Source of the DNA: an uncultured Verrucomicrobiae bacterium
Lineage (GTDB): Bacteria; Verrucomicrobiota; Verrucomicrobiia; Limisphaerales; Palsa-1400
Reading direction: 5' to 3'
NCBI GenBank assembly: GCA_963707025.1
Contig: CAVPOM010000012.1
Location: 1 to 64,000, forward strand
DNA length: 64,000 nt
Made by a program: the position numbers and the translations under genes. This document shows positions 61,028-64,000 of the stretch, piece after piece (positions within the stretch are counted from its first letter, which is position 1; each line of letters opens with the position of its first letter). The notes under the pieces are model-generated. The model searched no databases. It had not been told where the DNA came from and worked only from the letters and a program-made list of their open reading frames with translations.

Positions 61028-61815
61028 TTTGCGCTGGCATAGACGCAGGCTCGCGCGCCATCAAGGCGGTCTTGTTCGACACCGGCCAGGGGCAAATTCT
61101 CGCCTCCGGCCTGAGCGACCAGGGCGTGGAACAGGAACGGCTGGCCACCGAACTTTTTGAAAAACTGTTGCGGGAAGCCGGACTGGAGCGGTCGCAGATT
61201 TCCGGCGTGGTCGCCACCGGCTACGGGCGCAATGCCGTCCGTTTTGCCGACACGACCATCACCGAAATCACCTGCCACGCCCGCGGGGTCCACCGCCTGG
61301 CGCCGGACGCGCGCACCATTGTCGAAATCGGCGGACAGGACAGCAAGGTCATCAGCCTGGAAGAGGGCGGGCGCGTGCGCGATTTTGCCATGAACGACCG
61401 TTGCGCGGCGGGCACCGGGCGTTTCCTGGAAATGGTCGCGGCGCGGCTGGACATGGATTGGGCAGAACTGGCGGAACTCGGACGCCAAAGCAAAAAGCCC
61501 GCGCTGATCAGCAACATGTGCGTGGTCTTCGCCGAGACGGAAATCATCGGCCTGCTGGCGGAGGGCCAGCCCTTGCCGGACGTGGTGGCCGGCGTGCAAA
61601 ACGCCATCGCCACCCGGGTGGCGGCCCTGGCCGGCCGGTTCATTTCGCCGCCGGTTTATTTCACCGGCGGGGTCGCCTTGCTGCCCGGCATGGCCCGCGC
61701 GCTGGAGGAGGTTCTGGCTTGTCCGGTCCGCGTCGCGCCGCAACCGCAGTTCACCGGCGCTCTCGGCGCCGCCCTCTCCGCCGCCGCCATAAAGCCCGCC
61801 GGTGGCGGCCTCTGA
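61024..61815 (+). CDS. ASKHA-type ATP-dependent activator (HgdC/BadG-like, [4Fe-4S])
   Basis: GIDAGSRAIK, ATGYGR, EITCHARG, EIGGQDSK, MNDRCAAGTGRFLE, ISNMCVVFAETE, FTGGVA. Confidence 0.93.
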   Translation: MICAGIDAGSRAIKAVLFDTGQGQILASGLSDQGVEQERLATELFEKLLREAGLERSQISGVVATGYGRNAVRFADTTITEITCHARGVHRLAPDARTIVEIGGQDSKVISLEEGGRVRDFAMNDRCAAGTGRFLEMVAARLDMDWAELAELGRQSKKPALISNMCVVFAETEIIGLLAEGQPLPDVVAGVQNAIATRVAALAGRFISPPVYFTGGVALLPGMARALEEVLACPVRVAPQPQFTGALGAALSAAAIKPAGGGL

Positions 61816-61822
61816 CCAGAGT

Positions 61823-62179
61823 TTACTTGGGGAGAAGTCTCATCCGAATTCCAAAGTCATCAACCACGCTGAAGTGCCCTGCCCAATCATCGCGCAAGGC
61901 CAAAGCGGTGGAGACACGTTCAGCGGTAACCGCGGACGACACCTGAGAGATTCGAAAGAGTATTACGCCGTGCGACGCTCCTGCGCCCTGCCGGCAAACA
62001 AGCTGCCCAAAGTCTTTGTCAAACGTCATGAGCAACCGATGTTCCCTGTGGGCGCGCGCCAGCACATCCTTATCGGGAATGCCGGGCGCGCTTTCGCGAA
62101 TCCAAAGCACGTCATGGCCATTCTGCCGCAGTTTGACAACGCAGTCCTCAGAGATGTTCTCGTTGGCGCACAGGCGCAT
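61823..62179 (-). CDS. DUF5615 PIN-like toxin
   Basis: ANENIS...GHDV...LMTFDKDFG. Confidence 0.85.
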   Translation of the reverse strand: MRLCANENISEDCVVKLRQNGHDVLWIRESAPGIPDKDVLARAHREHRLLMTFDKDFGQLVCRQGAGASHGVILFRISQVSSAVTAERVSTALALRDDWAGHFSVVDDFGIRMRLLPK

Positions 62180-62187
62180 GGCCGGGA

Positions 62188-62415
62188 TTATTTGGCCGGT
62201 GCAAAAGCTTTTTCTTCGCTCAACCGTTCTTGGGCATAGGCGGCGCAGGCTCTCACCTGCTCACGGCTCAGCCGATAGTTGCGCATGATCTCTTCTTCCG
62301 GCCATCCTTGCGCGATCAGGCCCAGGACGAACTCAACCGCCAGCCTCGTGCCCCGAACCACCGGTTTCCCCACCAAAACGGCCGGATCAACCGTAATGTA
62401 ATCGTGGCAGTTCAT
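62188..62415 (-). CDS. DUF433 antitoxin
   Basis: ITVDPAVLVGKPVVRGTRLAVE...YA. Confidence 0.88.
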   Translation of the reverse strand: MNCHDYITVDPAVLVGKPVVRGTRLAVEFVLGLIAQGWPEEEIMRNYRLSREQVRACAAYAQERLSEEKAFAPAK

Positions 62416-62633
62416 CGCTCTGTAAAATACCGCCAAACGCGCGATTTGTCACCACGAAAAACTATTTGGAAATACAAATTCCACCGTCCTGCGGTCCCGT
62501 ACTTATCCGCCGTGGATTTTCCTGCCCTTCCCCGTCCGCGAACCAGACGAAGGGACACAGGTTGGCGATGCGCCAGGCCCATTTCGACCCGGCGGCGGGC
62601 TATGAACAAAGCTCGTCATTTGCAAAAGCAATT

Positions 62634-64000
62634 CACACCCGTCTCATAAGGGGAAAAGTCTGGTGCTGACCTGTTCATTTGCAAGGGTTTAATTGGTCTT
62701 CGGGGTAAAATGAGATTTTGATTTTTCCGAGTTTGGCTTTTGGGTTTGGTATGCGCCTGTTTGGGCGCGTGTGCTGTCCCATAGCTTTATTGGAAGCCGG
62801 GGAAATACGCCTGCTCGGGCCGCGCCAAGTGGCGAAAGCTGCCGCCTGCTGTCCCATAGCACGCCAGCAAATTGAGCAGATCATATTTCTCCCAGAGCGC
62901 CGCCCGCAAAATCGTGAACAGCCGGGTGAAGCTGTGCGCCCAGTTGGAGAGGTGACTGAGGTAGCGCAACAGCACGTAGGTCAACAGCGCCGTCCACACC
63001 TGCCAGCGCACGGCGTTGGCGTTGTGGCCCAGAAAATCCGCCAACTGCAAGGTCTGCTTGATTTGTTTGAAGAAGACTTCGATCTGCCAGCGGCAGCGGT
63101 AAAGGTCGGCCACGCTGCGCGGACTCCACTCCAGGTTGTTGGTCAGGAAGGTCATTTCCCGTTCCTCTCCATCAATCTCGACCAGCGCCACCACCCGGCG
63201 CATCAACTCCGGCGCGGGTTTGTTCTCGTTGCTCAGGACGATCACTTCGTCGCGCAAAATCTTCGGGTCTCTGGAGGCGGGCATTTTCCGCACCACCTCA
63301 TAGCCCATGTTCTCCTTGGCCCGCGTCACCCAAAAGACCCCGCGCCCGTCCAAATCCCGCAAGTGGCCGAAGTCCACATAACCCTTGTCGAACAAGGCGA
63401 TTTCGCCGCTCTTCAAGTCGGCGCACAGTTCCCGCGCCCGTCGGTTGTCGTGCTCGGCGGCAGTGTCCACAATGACAAAACCGGGCAAAAGATTCTGCAG
63501 ATTCAACCGCATATGGGTTTTGGCGGCGGCCTTGCGCCGGCGGTGCTTGGCCCAGTCCAGGCAGTTGGCCACCAGTTCCATGGTCGTGCTATCAATCACA
63601 TGGATGGGCATCTTGAAACGGAAGGCGGGGCCACGGCGCTGGCCCGCGGCAAAGCCGGGCGTCTGTGCTTTCAAATGCTCCAGGACCCGCCAGAAGAGTT
63701 GTTCGGCCATCTGGGCCGGACGCTCCCGGTTGGCGTGGGAGAGGCCGTTGCGGCTGGGGGCGCTGGCGCCGCGCAAAGTGGACAGCGGCCCGGAATGCAA
63801 TTGCAGCGAGTCGCACAGATCGTTGAGTCCGATGCAATGGGTGAGTTGCGCGTCCAGCAAACTGACCGTGTGACTCCACGGACTGAAGGTGCGCGACTTA
63901 TCCAGAGCCCCGGTCTCCCGCGCTATTTTGGAGACTTCATGCGCAGGAATGAGATTGCAAATCTGGCGCAAAACGTTAAACCGGGACCGTGTTGGTTTGA
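62634..64000 (-). mobile_element. Second copy of the IS4 element (runs off the window); transposase 62787 to >64000
   Basis: Reverse complement of 18618-20068; translated protein identical over the shared span. Confidence 0.95.

Overview
GC-rich bacterial chromosomal window, most consistent with Verrucomicrobia/PVC (prepilin-type H-X9-DG protein, FTYQGR exported proteins, MoxR/BatA/DUF58/DUF4159 cluster; the taxonomy is inference). The backbone holds tRNA-Gly(CCC), thiD, polX-PHP, a sigma-70 factor, an acyl-CoA ligase, a tandem NDK-like protein, a GH51 arabinofuranosidase, a long minus-strand MoxR-vWA operon and a double-cubane/2-hydroxyacyl-CoA dehydratase-type operon with an embedded methyltransferase. 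It is heavily overlaid with accessory DNA: five intact and one decayed TA module, a three-gene M+S+R restriction system, two IS4 copies, MITEs and REPs. The two most notable items are (i) a 5.4-kb cargo-carrying IS1595-family transposon (15372-20804; 29-bp perfect TIRs, 8-bp TSD) containing an apparently independently promoted, highly base-paired ~275-nt non-coding RNA, a convergent small RNA and two promoters sharing an operator, and (ii) an HUH Y1 (RAYT-like) transposase flanked by 30-bp inverted repeats whose CAGGTG ends carry stutter-like partial copies and abut truncated foreign DNA (an LRR gene and an integron cassette cut mid-attC). All assignments come from reading motifs by eye; no database searches or folding programs were run.
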